Shown one piece after another: positions 20,861 to 34,073 of a stretch of 64,000 bases of DNA. The notes beneath the pieces were generated by a model, which saw nothing but the letters and a program-made list of their open reading frames with translations, did no database searches and was not told the DNA's origin. Source of the stretch: Haliotis rufescens. Taxonomy: Eukaryota. Numbering within the stretch: the stretch's first letter is position 1; each line of letters opens with the position of its first letter. The translations under genes and the position numbers were made by a program. The stretch is from NCBI RefSeq assembly GCF_023055435.1, contig NW_025963902.1, forward strand, positions 7,130,001-7,194,000, in the 5' to 3' direction.

Positions 20861-22102
20861 GCATACTTTTGAATGGTGACCTATGCGTGAGCAATAATTA
20901 CAGACTGTATTTCTATGAGGGCAATTGTGAGGGAACCGAAAAAACTCACCACATCCGCGACATCTGCCTCGAAGGTGCTGTGGAATTGGCAGACGTTGAC
21001 TGTAGCTGGAGCTGTACGGGTAGAAGGATGGCGTCTGTTGTTGTTGCTGTGCTGTGTGGTGGGGCTGAGGTGGTGGGACTGGATACTCCTTCTGTGGTGG
21101 CTGATAGTGCTGTGGTGTTGGTTGGTATTGTTCCTGTAGTGGTTGATATTGTTCCTGCCGTATCTGGTATTGATGTTGTAGTGGTTGGTACTGCTGTGGT
21201 GTTGGTTGGTATGGTTCCCTTGGTGGCTGGTATGGTTCCTGTGGTGGCTGGTATGGTTCTTGTGGTGACTGGTATGGTTCCTGTGGTGACTGGTATGGTT
21301 CCTGTGGTGGTTAGTATGGTTCCTGTGGTGACTGGTATGGTTCCTGTGGTGGTTGGTATTGTTCCTGTGGTGACTGGTATGGATCCTGCTGTGGTTGGTA
21401 CTGCTGTGGCGACTGGTATGGATCCTCTTGTGGTTGGTATGGTTCCTGTTGTGGTTGCTGGTGGTATCTTGGTGATGGGGAGGGTGGCTGTTGCTGGACC
21501 TGGGGCTCGTGCTGCTGATGGTGGGATGAGGGAGTTGCTGATTGTACAGCACAGACCTTGTTTGTAGTGATCAGCATGGTCACCAAGTTCGTTAATTGCT
21601 CAACTTGTTGGACCAAGCTGACCTCTTCCTTGCTTGGGGCCTGCGATTGTACAGCCAGTTGGGCATGGTGACGAACCTCATCCAGGGTCAATGGCTCCTT
21701 CATATACACCCACTGCTTAATCTGTGGGAGTAGCCCATTGATTGCAATGGCTACTATCACAGATTGTGGTAAGCAGGAGTGTAACGCGGATGCTTGGACC
21801 CTGGTGATGAAGTCTCCAACGTCCTCCTGTTCCTTCTGTGTCATATCAAGAAGACTCAAATTGAAGGCTGATGAACTGCGAAATCGTTGCTGAAAGGCCG
21901 CTTTCAGCAAGTGGATGTCAAGCTGTGTGTGCGCAGGCAGGTCCCTGAACCATACTTTAGCAGCTCCGTCCAGGTAGAAGGGTAGAATTCTACAGGATTG
22001 GGTGTCTGTGTGACCATGGAGGAAGTTGAAGTTGTAGAAATCTGCCCACCAACTTTCAGCATCCTGCTGACCTGTGTATTTGGGGAGATGTATCTGTGCC
22101 AT
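20861..22102 (-). pseudogene. gag: Gypsy Gag (capsid-like domain, Q/P/Y-rich repeats, zinc knuckle) with premature TAA at 21311-21313
   Basis: ORF 21311-22102 has a retrotransposon-gag-like FYLDGAAKVWF segment. Past the TAA the frame stays open through CRGC...HNC and CNYCSRIGHHSKVC into the pol ATG. Confidence 0.88.
21070..21480 (-). repeat. 21-bp (7-aa) tandem repeat in gag
   Basis: Repeated PQEPYQ(S/P) heptads. Confidence 0.9.
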
Positions 22103-22290
22103 TACTGGGGGTTGTTGCTGGGTAAGATAAGACTGACTGTGTTGTTGCTTCTGTAGGGGACGATGGTGTCAGCAGGCATAGTGTGGTGTCAAGCTGTGGA
22201 GGTGGTGGTGGTAGTGTGGAGTCAGGTACAGGTAACGTCACAGTCTCAACTTGTAGTTCACAAGGCTGGCTCCAGGCACCGAGGATCGAA

Positions 22291-22301
22291 CGTCTCCACC
22301 A
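22291..22301 (-). other. Primer-binding site, tRNA-Ala-like
   Basis: TGGTGGAGACG two nt inside the 5' LTR, complementary to a tRNA 3' end ...TCTCCACCA of the kind typical of tRNA-Ala. The isoacceptor is inferred. Confidence 0.7.
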
Positions 22302-22303
22302 AT

Positions 22304-24244
22304 TAAGACAGCCTTGTTGGGATTCCAACGACTGTCAGGCCTCGGTTTGGGGAATTAGCTATTGGGAGCGAGCCTTGAAACAAGAGAGAAGAGAGCTGTG
22401 AGGTCCTTAGGGTTTATTCAAGCAAGTGTCATATTATTCAAGTTACATCAATTAATATATAATAGTGACGTACAATCATAATAATGATAATAATATGCTA
22501 ACACATTGTCCATCTAATAAAGGCATAATAATAAAGGCAATGTATTTAAATTGGAGTATGTACGGTAACATTATACAACAGATGCAGTATTTACTAGAAT
22601 AATAACGGTAATGCTAAATAACATTCCTTAACAGCTAAATTGAGTAGTCGTAATATTTTAATGGAGCATGTACGGTAGACTGCGCAAACTACTAAGATGA
22701 GGAACATGACATTTACTTATGAAAAGACGGTAAACATTAATATTTGTGGTTTCAGTAATAATTATCACAACATAATAATTTCGGCTAATACGGAAGGTAA
22801 ATAATTGATCCAAATAAAGATACGAATGTACGCGGTAGAAGATATAGCTCGGTTTTAGTTAGTGTCATTATTAGTTTTAGTAGTGATTACTTTGGTGACT
22901 ACGGTAATGAATCACGGCGGCTATGTTGCTATTGACTACGCGCATTTCCTACATATATACGGAGCTATACCATAACAGCTAATGGAGTGAATACGGTAAT
23001 TGTATACTTGAACGGTGCGCGTTTGAATGTACGTTATTATGAAGTATAAAAGATGACTTTTACAGTATTTAAATGACTACGGTAATGAAATTGTGGTATA
23101 GGCTGTGTTGCAGCGTATGCAACTATATGAGGGACGGGACTCTTTACAATATATTCAAATACTTACTTGATGAAGATAAAACCTAAGAAATATGGAATGC
23201 GTTGTTATAGCCTATGCTGTAAACGCACACGGAAGGTAAAGCTGCACATATAACCTTTGATTGGTGGACTGTCGGAAAGTATGGAATAACCAACCTAGTA
23301 ATAAATCTTGCTTGAAACAGTTGTGTTAACTCTAGGAACCGTTTTGTGACTAAGCTACATGTACGCTACGCTACTGCACGGAAATATAAACTGTATATGC
23401 ATCTGGCATTTTGAACAGATGATGTTAGACATAGAAGGGGAATATAATTATGGATGTCGAAATATAGGAGAGAACTATTGGTGCCGCATATTAATGACAC
23501 ATAAACTGGAGGAGCCCACGACGCATTACACTTCAAATAACACTGGGAAGTTACTGTGTATTAAACAGTAAATAATATTTATAATGAGCAGTCATTTAGA
23601 ACTTGTACACAGTAGATTGAGAGTTACAATATGGCAGTACTGATTCAACTTAACTATAACATTTTCTAGACAATAATAACAATGAAATAAGAAGTTTAGT
23701 CATAAAATAGGAATATTTAAATGTTTCTTACCTTGAAACAAGAGAGAAGAGAGCTGTGAGGTCCTTAGGGTTTATTCAAGCAAGTGTGCTGAGGACCAAC
23801 ACCCAAGGAGTTATATACCCCCACAGCTCTACTCTTATCACATTAACAATTACTTTGAAGTTGTAATTTCGGTCTCTGTTATCTGCCCTGGGCTGTCAAA
23901 GTTGACTACACAAAAGCAGGTGGTAAATAGAATGGTATCAGTATTACCTAAGAAGAGTTTATTTTAATTACAGTTTAAGATGGTGGTCAAAACCTGCGCC
24001 AGCTGGTAACAAAACATTTATCAAGAGAACAAGGGCCGGGGCGGACGTACGCGCCGACTTTATCTATGATTACGTAATTTACTGTTCGCGTGAATGAGCT
24101 TGCCAAGGAGCAGCCGTCATGGTCGACCAGTGGCGATAAAAACGAGAAATACTGGTCTAGCGACTTTCGAATTTTAGAATTTCCTAGTTTAAGTTTAATT
24201 TGTTAAAAATATAAAAAGTGTAATGAAATATATGCACTGTAACA
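22304..24244 (-). repeat. 5' LTR (1941 bp), TG...TA termini, TATATAA at 23817-23811
   Basis: Direct repeat of 13043-14983, adjacent to the PBS. Confidence 0.95.
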
Positions 24245-24911
24245 GTGTTTATAAATTGACTGGACTGTGACGTCACACAATTCGCGAAAAATCGCGTTGA
24301 ATATGGCCGTTTGAGGGCGCTAATATAACCTTATAATGGTATACTTAGAAATACTAAATAGTGTACGAAATGTGTCATTTTTCTGGGTACGAATATTCCA
24401 CTGGTACGAAATGTCTGGTGTTTTCCCGCAGTACTAATTCGTTTGGGGTATGAAATTACCACAAACAGCTATTATCAGTGTGTTAAATGTGGGAAAAACA
24501 TTAACAAAATCAGGTCTTACATCATGATCCATAACACATCACCAACTTGTGTATAGTTTGTTTGTTGTTTAACGCCGCACTCAGAAATATTCAAGCTATA
24601 TGACGGCGGTCTGTAAATAATCGAGTATGGACCAGACAATCCAGTGATTAATATCATGGGCATCGATCGATCCACGCAATTGGGATCCATGACATGCATC
24701 AACCAAGTCAGCGAACCTGACCACCCGAACCCGTTAGTCGCCTTTTACGGCAAACATGGGTTGCTGAAGACCTATTATACCCCGGATCTTCACGGGTCTC
24801 AGCCCTCGTTATTGTTGGTGTTCTTGTGGAAACATCTTTTGAAAATGCATTATCATGATAAAAGACAACTCTTTTGTTTTCAGTGAACACCATAACATCC
24901 ACAAGTTAACA

Positions 24912-26486
24912 ATGGAAGTACAAAGCCAACCACAGAATCCTGGCTCTGTTTCTGAAACATGTGTAGTCAGTGACTGTGAGAGAGAATTGCTGGAAATTAC
25001 TGACACTCAGGAAATAGGTGATCTCAAGGAACACAAAGATTGTGGTGGTCCAGAAGATCAATCAACGTCTAGTGCATGCGGGAAAACATTTATTAAATCA
25101 GAAGACATGAAAAGGCACATGGCGATTCACTGTGGAATCAAGCCTCACCAGTGCACTGTTTGTAAGAAAACATTATCAGGTCATCTGCAGAAACATATGC
25201 TGATTCACACTGGAGTCACACGTTATCAGTGTGTTGAATGTGGTAAAAGGTTTAGAGGTTCAGGACATCTGCAGGCACACATGAGGATTCACAGTGGAAT
25301 TAAGCCTTATCCGTGCATTGTGTGTGAGAAGACATTTACACAATCGGGTCAGCTGCAGTCACACATGAGGATTCACACTGGAATCAAACCTTATCAGTGT
25401 GTTGAATGTGGGAAGGAATTTACACGATCAAATTACCTGCAGATACACTTGAGGATTCACAGTGGAGTCAAGCCTAATCAGTGTAATATATGTGAGAAAA
25501 CATTGACACGATTAAGTACTCTGAAGAATCACATCAGGATTCACACTGGAATCAAACCTTATCAGTGTGTTGAATGTGGGAAGGGATTTACACGATCAAA
25601 TACCCTGCAGAAACACATGAGGATTCACAGTGGAGACAAGCCTTATCAGTGTAATGTATGTGAGAAAACATTTGCACGATCACGTACTCTGCAGGAACAC
25701 ATGATGATTCACAGTGGACTCAGACCTTATCAGTGTAATGTATGTGAGAAAACATTTACACGATCAGGTACTCTGAAGAATCACATGGCGATTCACACTG
25801 GAATCAGACCTTATCAGTGTGTTGAATGTGGAAAAGAATTTACAGTATCAAGTAACATGAAGAAACACATGAGGATTCACAGTGGAGTCAAGCCCTATCC
25901 ATGTAATATATGTCAGAAATCATTTACACGATCAGGTACTCTGGAGAGGCACATGGCGATTCACAGTGGACTCAGACCGTATCAGTGTGTTGAATGTGGG
26001 AAAGCATTTAGACATTCATATCACCTGAAGACACACATGATGATTCACAGTGGAATCAAGCCTCATCAGTGTGTTGAATGCGGGAAAACATTTGCACAAT
26101 CAAGTAATCTGCAGAAACACATCAGAATTCACAGTGAAGTCAAGCCTTATCCGTGTAATATATGTCAGAAATCATTTACACGATCAGGTACCTTGGAGAG
26201 GCACATGGCGATTCACACTGGAATGAGACCTCATCAGTGTGTTGAATGCGGGAAAGCATTTGCACAATCAGGTAACCTGAAGACACACATGATGATTCAC
26301 AGTGGAGTCAAGCCTTATCAGTGTGTTGTGTGTGATAAGTGGTTCACACACTCAAGTAGCCTGCAGAAACACATGACCATTCATAGTGCTAGCAAGCCGT
26401 ATCAGTGTGATGTGTGTTGTAAAGCGTTTACATACTCAAATAGCCTGAAGCGACACCTGACCATTCATAGTGGAAGCAAGCCTTAG
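24912..26486 (+). CDS. Multi-C2H2 zinc-finger protein, 17 fingers (unit 2)
   Basis: Differs from the unit-1 protein at ~2 residues; same acceptor and ATG. Confidence 0.85.
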   Translation: MEVQSQPQNPGSVSETCVVSDCERELLEITDTQEIGDLKEHKDCGGPEDQSTSSACGKTFIKSEDMKRHMAIHCGIKPHQCTVCKKTLSGHLQKHMLIHTGVTRYQCVECGKRFRGSGHLQAHMRIHSGIKPYPCIVCEKTFTQSGQLQSHMRIHTGIKPYQCVECGKEFTRSNYLQIHLRIHSGVKPNQCNICEKTLTRLSTLKNHIRIHTGIKPYQCVECGKGFTRSNTLQKHMRIHSGDKPYQCNVCEKTFARSRTLQEHMMIHSGLRPYQCNVCEKTFTRSGTLKNHMAIHTGIRPYQCVECGKEFTVSSNMKKHMRIHSGVKPYPCNICQKSFTRSGTLERHMAIHSGLRPYQCVECGKAFRHSYHLKTHMMIHSGIKPHQCVECGKTFAQSSNLQKHIRIHSEVKPYPCNICQKSFTRSGTLERHMAIHTGMRPHQCVECGKAFAQSGNLKTHMMIHSGVKPYQCVVCDKWFTHSSSLQKHMTIHSASKPYQCDVCCKAFTYSNSLKRHLTIHSGSKP

Positions 26487-29400
26487 CAGTGTGTTCGATG
26501 TGGGAAAATATTTTGACACTCAGGTACTCTGCATACACAAGTGATGATTCACAATGGAATCAAACCTTTACGAGTGCATTGTTTGTGAGAAAGGATTGAC
26601 ACACTCAGGTAATCTGCAGAAACACAAGGATTCGCCGTGGAATCCAACTTATCAGTGTGTTCAATGAAGCGAGGGATGTAACATCACACGTTTCATAGTT
26701 CAGGAATAAAGGTTTACAAAGTTCATATTCTTGCTGCGTAGGGGATATTTAAATCCAATGCTAACTATCTCGGCCGTTAATAATCCTCTGGCCATGTAGT
26801 GACCACATGTTTACACCACGTGCTCTTGGACAGGGAGGGGGCACGGGTGGCCCAGTGGTCTAAGGCGCCGCGATTCACTGTGCAGAGTTGCGTCCCTTGA
26901 GCTTGCCAGAAACCTATGACTGTGGGTTCGAATCCCGGTTCGCCCCAATTATGTTTCTAGGTTTGTCAGCACCATACCCGTGCTCGTGGGTTTCCCCGAA
27001 GTGGTAAACGTCTGAGACCTGCATCACTTCGGGCTTTCCTCCCACATTAAGCTGACACGCCGCGATATAACTGGAATATTGTTAAATGCGGCGTTAAACC
27101 CAACTCACTCACTCACTCTGAAACCACCTCCGTATTGAAGGGGTGGCAGGGCTTTGCCCGTTGACCTTGAGGCCCAGAGTTTGCCTCGTGGAGGACGTAA
27201 GCAAGTTCATATTCTTGCTGCGTAGGGGATATTTAAATCCAATGCTATCTATCTCGGTCGTTAATAATCCTCTGGCCATGTAGTGACCACATGTTTACAC
27301 CACGTGCTCTTGGACAGGGATACATCAAAGGCTATCTTATCTTCCTTACATGTAGTCATACAGCAACTCTGTATGTTTCAGAGTTGACCAGTAATTAGCC
27401 TGTCCAGAACAAGACAATAAACTAACTGTCATCGTCTACAACCCTGCTTTGACAAACAAGGTAGTTAGCCTGTTTAATTAGTGTGCTGATTGTTCTTATA
27501 CACCACTAGACTCTTGGTCAAAACAAGGCAATTAACATATTTGCTGTGACCTGCAACCCGTGCCAACTTAAATTATTACTGAACCATTGTGACAAGTTCA
27601 CGTAACATTAACCCGTGAAGATCCGGGGTAGAATAGGTCTCCAGCAACCCGTGTTTGCCGTAAAAGGCGACTATGCTTGTCGTAAGAGGCGACAAACGGG
27701 ATCGGGTGGTCAGGATTTGGTTGACGCATGTCATCGTGTCCCAATTGCGTGGATCGATGCTCATGATGTCAATCTCTGGATTGTCTGTTCCAGCCTCGAT
27801 TATTTAGAGCCGTCATATAGCTTGTCTATTGCTGAGTGAGGCGTTAAACAACAAACAAATAAACCAAAAATAACCAAATTTTCAGTGAGACATTTTCCAT
27901 AGAGTGTGAATAAGTTTTCATGGAACCATAAATTCTTTGTATGGATTAATGTTACACTTCAAAAGTGTATCGTACGGCTGCAAAGTACGACAACACGGGG
28001 ATGCCACTTTATGCTGTGGTCTAGTGGCCGGATGCAGATAGATATCCCTGACCGCTGACCTCATCCGGTCACCGGGCGGTCGCCTACAGGTCACCCAGGG
28101 ACCCCAGCGACCTACATACATACATACATTAATATATTGTGTCTATCAACATGCACTACACGTTCTTGACTCTACGTCCCCTACGTCGTTACACAATACA
28201 ATGGCATTTATACAAAACAGTTATTTCAATATAAAACACGTTATTAATTTATATATAATACTTATCACTCACTTCTGTATACAATACGATGCTTGTCGTA
28301 AGAGGAGACAAACGGGATCGGATGGTAAGGCGCGCTGACTTTATACATTGTACACATGAACGGAATCGAACCCGGGTCTTCGGCTTGACGAGCGAACCCT
28401 TTCACCACCAGGCTACCCTACCGCCCCTTTTTGATATTGGTGGCAATAGGTATCTCAACTAAAACTGAAGCAAATGAAATAAAGTTAATCTAAAAAAAAA
28501 CGACGATTAGCAGTTTTACAATAAAACACTGCAGGGAGAATAAACCGCCAGTCGATTATTTCTTACATGAGATATCAATATTATGTTCAGCCTCTTTAAG
28601 GATGTTACTAAACCGTACAAACTTGAAATATATTTACCCGTATTTACATAATGATGACTCCCTGAATGGAATCCGACCTCGGCAATGTCGGACAAGTCCA
28701 TTTTGCGAACAGGTGGGATAAGTTTGGTATTTCCCGCATATTCTCACATTCCTAACGTCAGTTGTCTAATACCGATTGTCATATCTCTTCCACTTTTTGA
28801 TGCGATCGTTCGACCCCTGAGTTTATCTGCGTAGCCTAGCTAAGAAAATATGAATCATATATTGATGGGTTATCAATTTGAAACATCAATGCACCTTAAT
28901 GAAAACTAAATAAGTTCTTTATAAACTTCATTAAAGCAAGAGATGCGAGTACAATGAATGTTACCACAAAAAAAAATAAAAAAAATAGGAATATTAATAC
29001 CATTACCATTTCTACTTTTTTTCCCAGTATTTGTCATAAAAACACAAATCCGCATAGAAATAGGTGTTCGATGAACTAAGTTATAGAAAAACAGACCGGT
29101 CCCCTGCCTCTACCGAGGTGGTCGGTGGGGTAGCCTGGTGGTGAAGGGGTTCGGTCGTCACGCCCAATACCAAGGTTCTATTCCCCACATGGATACAATG
29201 TGTGAAGTTCATTTCTGGTGTCCTCCGACGTGATATTGCAGGAATAGTGCTAAAAGCGGCGTAAAACTATACACACTCACTCGCTGTTGAGGCAGAGCCC
29301 ATATTAGGCACATATGTATATCGTCTCTGGTTGAAGCGAAGGACAGGATGTATTCTTAAAATAGCAACACAATCCCACCAGCGCTCGTCATAACGTGCAG

Positions 29401-32400
29401 GAAGCAAGCACGGGAGGTCGTACACAGGCAGCAATCGAATGTAAGTAATTACAAGATTACAATATTACATGGCTTCGAAGTTAGATCATTTGACAGCGTC
29501 TGCTTAGAGAAATGCGTCTCCTTTCTTTGTGATCGTGGCTATTTATCCATTTTAACTCACTATCCCCTGTGTTTCTCTCCTGGAGACCTGGTTGTCTAGG
29601 TAGGCAGCGCGTGCGCTTCAGTGATACAGCCACGACTCAACAATGGCGGCTTCCATTCGATATGGACACGTGGCGCACGCTTTATCAGCTGTTTATGTAT
29701 TTACTACGGAAAGACGCTAGAACGGGAGCTTAGAAAATGTCCGTGGCATCATGAATACTGTTGCAACGTGTATGTCAGGAGAATAACGTCCATTTTTACT
29801 TATATTATAAATAAAGGGAAACTAGACTCTGGCTTCTATCCGACTGCCTCACACCACCAGCAATGACTCATATTTTTACGCAGTAGCTGTCGTGAGTCGA
29901 TCAGCTGGCTAACGCAACAGAGCGCGACAACCTCATCGGATGCCGTTATTAGGAAATTCCCCTGATGGTTATAGTTTGATAAAAAATATGTCTCCCCGCA
30001 GTGAAAACATGTTCGGATTTCTGAATGCGTGGATTATAAGATGACAGATTATTTGGTTGTTTGTTTGTTTAACGCCGCACGCAGCAAAATTCCAGCTATA
30101 TGACGGCGGTCTGTAAATAATCGAGGCTTGACCAGACAATCCAGTGATTGACATCATAAGCATCGATCCAAGCAATTGGAATACGATGACATGCATCAAC
30201 CAAGTCAGCAACGCTGACCACCCGATCCCGTTAGTCGCCTCTTACGACAAGCTTAGTTGGTTGCTAAAGAACTATTCTACCCCGGATCTTCACGGGCAAG
30301 GTGACATATTGATTTGGATACCATTGCTGTATTTTATAGGTTGATCTTTAATAATATCACGTTATAATATCATGTCAACAGACCTATACTATTAAAAAGA
30401 ACAATTTGATTTATTTGAAGCCGTAATTAAAACCCCGTTTTCCCATTCCATTGGTTTTGTATACTATCGACTGTCGGATGTTGAAGGAACAAGAAGATAA
30501 AGTCATCAATATAATCAGATAGAATTAGTGGTAGAACCACTCAGATTGTCTGACAAAGACTGCCAAATTACTCAATAATGTTCATCCCTGCCTCTAGGGG
30601 TGTAGAGGATATACAGTGAGTGAGTGAGTATGGTTTTACGCCGCTTTTAGCAATATTCCCGCAATATCACGGCGGGGGACACCAGAAATGGGCTTCACAC
30701 ATTGTACCTATGTCGAGAATCGAACCCTGCTCTTCAGCGTGACGAGCGAACGCTTTAACCACTAGGATACCAATACGCCCCAGAGGATATGTAGCATTCA
30801 GCGGTTCCCTTTTGGCATTTCTTGTGTCTGGGGTAATTATTCAATAGAAGACTGGGTTATAAATCCAGTCTGATGCGGTGAATGGACTACATGTTAAGTA
30901 ATAACCATGGCAACACAGCAAGAGAAGAATGATCTGTTGAGTTGCTAAAAAAACATCGATCAAAGGATTAACCGATAATTTGATTGATAAATCAATGTTA
31001 TCTTGCAGAGTAGATTTGTCAAAAGTTAGTGTTCATGTATGTAGGTTTACTAAAGCAGACGAAATACACCCATAGCTGGGCGTGAAGTGCTTATGTCAAA
31101 ACAACATACTTTGGTCAAAGGATTAGCCGATAGTACGTTAATTAATTGATCATTTGGATTTTTTAAAGAACCATGGACATCAAAAACATAGTTGTCACGT
31201 GTGCTATCTCAGCTGACCAATGAGACTTGACACCGATGTGAAACACCTGAAACAAACTTATGTGGTCATTTGAGAAACGAACACGAATTGAGATACCCCA
31301 AAAGGCTCTATATATCGATATTTATCATATAATTGGTAGGTTTCTCGGCAGAATAAAGCCAACGGATAAAGACGATATCCGTTGGGGTCATACGCGGATA
31401 AAGATGCAAATACCAAAGGTCAAGTAGGGACTACTTTCACTGTTAATAGACAAACATGGCGTCGCCCTCGTCATTCGGCGATCGAGTCAGAATTAACTGT
31501 CGGGAATCTGGAGAAACTACTGGGATAATTGCTATCACTATGAAAAGAATAGTCTAATATACTGAAAACCAGTGTCTAACTGTGACGTAGCTAAGGCATT
31601 TTATAAGTTTAAACAACTTTGGAGATATAAATTTCGAAACAATTTTGCGAGGGCACGAGGCCTAGCCAAGCGGGATAAGTAGCCATATCTGTGCTTCTAG
31701 ACCTCTGCGCCTTGAAACCTTCTCCACAAATTAAAATTGTGTGAGATTTGGGCGAAATATGTTTGAATTGTTACCTTGTTTCGTTTTGTCGCTGTGTGTA
31801 CATCTGACTACACTTCTTAACGTTATGACGGGACAGACCAACTGTCAACAACGTATGACCGTGGCCGTGACGTCTCATAGACTAGCATCAACATTCCACG
31901 CACATGATTTGTATGTTTTGTTTCCGTAAATGCGTGGCTTGAAATTTCAAATAAACCAATATGTCGACAAACATGCTACAAAATTAACGTTTCCCGTATA
32001 CTTCACCGCCTTCAGGGCGGGGAAGAATAAAGAGGTTATTACGCGAGTGTGTTTGGGGATGGTAAATATCCTGTATTAGGTATAAACACTATGTATTTAG
32101 CTCGCCAAGGCTCACTAAATACAATGTTTATTCCTAATGCAGGATATTAACCATCCCCAAACACACTCGCGTGATAACCTCTATATATAAAAATATTAGA
32201 TTGTCACAAAGACACGTGACATCGAACAAGTTTCTTTGTACGGCTTGATATGTATGGGATGTTATAGACCATCATCTAGTCTCTAAAATGATCATATCGT
32301 ACAGGGAAAAAAATAGTTGTTCAATTATCTTAATAAAAAGATAATAAAAGGGAGCCCAGAGACTCTCTTCATTTGATACTGCAGTAATCTAGACTTGCCA

Positions 32401-34073
32401 AACATTATAGACTTGCATGGGCTATGTTTGATATATATTTGTAACAGCGTCTGAAAGACAGACTAGGGATATTATTCCTCTCTCTGGATATAGACCCGTG
32501 AAGATTCCGGGGTAGAAAAGGTCTTCAGCAACCGCTGATTTAGTTGATGCATGTCATGGATCCCAATTGCGTGGATCGATGCTCATGATATTAATCACTG
32601 GATTGTCTGGTCCAGACTCGATTATTTATAGGCCGCCGTCATGTAGCTGGAATATTGCCGAGTGCGGCGTTAAACAACAAACCAACCAACTTTGTGGATA
32701 TAGGATATGTATAACTGCCTGATATTATACATATAACTTTTGTCGGTTGTAATTACGATTTTTGCATTTTGTTTTTATCCATTAACTGCAGCAGAAACCG
32801 AGGAGGCCTCAACGGTGACTGTTTTTTTTTTTTTTCATGCGTAAAACTTACCCGCCAATAACGTCCAGCTGTACAAAAGTGATTATGGTTATTATTATCT
32901 TAATAAGAAAAACTTGCAACTAAAAATACGCTATTTTGGAAAATATCATTTCTGATAAAATAAAAATTTCAGAGTACAAGTATTCCGATCATTGCATCAA
33001 AATCCTTTCAAGTTATACGTTTTGGGGGGTATTATTAACCGAATCACGGGTAGATTGGTAGAAAATGTACAGCTGGGTGTTATTTCCGGTTTAGTTAATG
33101 GGAAAAACACACGGCAAACCTAATTTCTGCGAATAAAAAAATGTCCAGCAGAAGAGAAAAGACAATTTAAATGGTAAATCGTCAAGTCTGGAAGTAATTT
33201 ATCTCAAGTTTCCTTGACCAAAAAATTTTTATCACCTGTTTACGCTGAATTCGCTGAAGGGACTTGATGTAGTTTTTTCACTGTGCATAAGATGATGTTT
33301 CTCTTAGAAGTCGTATATCAGGCCCTCCTATGAATATGAATGAATAATGCCCTTTCGATACAGATTATCCATGATCAGCAATAATATAGTTCAGTAATGT
33401 ATTTTGTATGCATTATCGATGTATTTTGATGGGAGTCGATTGGAAAACGTATCAGTCATAGAGCTAGATAAATTACTTCGCCCATAATTTCATTCATTGT
33501 TAACGTCTAAGAACTCAATATGTTGTATTTGCCCAATAATTGGTGATACTATACAGCTTATAACAAAATTATGTCAGTCGACGCCAACAGTAAGGAATTC
33601 TTCTGTGGCTGATTGGCACTTAAGCAATAATATTAATTTATATGTATTTTATTAACATACCATTACGAGATCCCGATGCGTTTGTTTTGGCTACCAAAAC
33701 AGTTGCCAAGTTGCTGGGATCTGTTTGGGGATGGGCGAGGTGTCAGGCATCTTCAGCGTGGTCGGAGACCATGCCTGACTACTGCCCATTTAATAGTCTG
33801 TGATACTGACCCTGAAACAAATATATCCAAAAAGCCCAAGGAAGTCTATATTAGTAGGCAAGTCTAGATTACTGCAGTTTCAGGAAATGACGAGAGTATC
33901 TTTGCTCCTTTTTATTATATTTTCTATGAACAGAACTTAACAACTGTTTGACTAGATGTTAGTCTACCCATATATTTGCTATAACTGATTTAAGAAAACA
34001 CGTCTTCTACTTTTAGATAACAAATTTTGATGCTCAATGCCATGAATTTTATGCTTAAAAATGTTAAAGTCAA

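Larger units (their letters stand above)
13043..24244 (-). mobile_element. Full-length Ty3/Gypsy LTR retrotransposon with chromodomain integrase (11.2 kb)
   Basis: Two 1941-bp LTRs, TSD GTGT (13039-13042 and 24245-24248) with the empty site visible at ~1601-1615, PBS, PPT, and gag-PR-RT-RH-IN order. Confidence 0.97.
11436..34073. repeat. Segmental tandem unit 2, interrupted by an 11.2-kb LTR retrotransposon
   Basis: Colinear with unit 1 once 13043-24248 is removed (remaining length 11432). Confidence 0.95.

Noticed and set aside
20827-21567. 246-aa hydrophobic plus-strand ORF and 223-aa His/Thr/Asn-rich minus-strand ORF
   Set aside because: Antisense and alternate-frame shadows of the 21-bp gag repeat.
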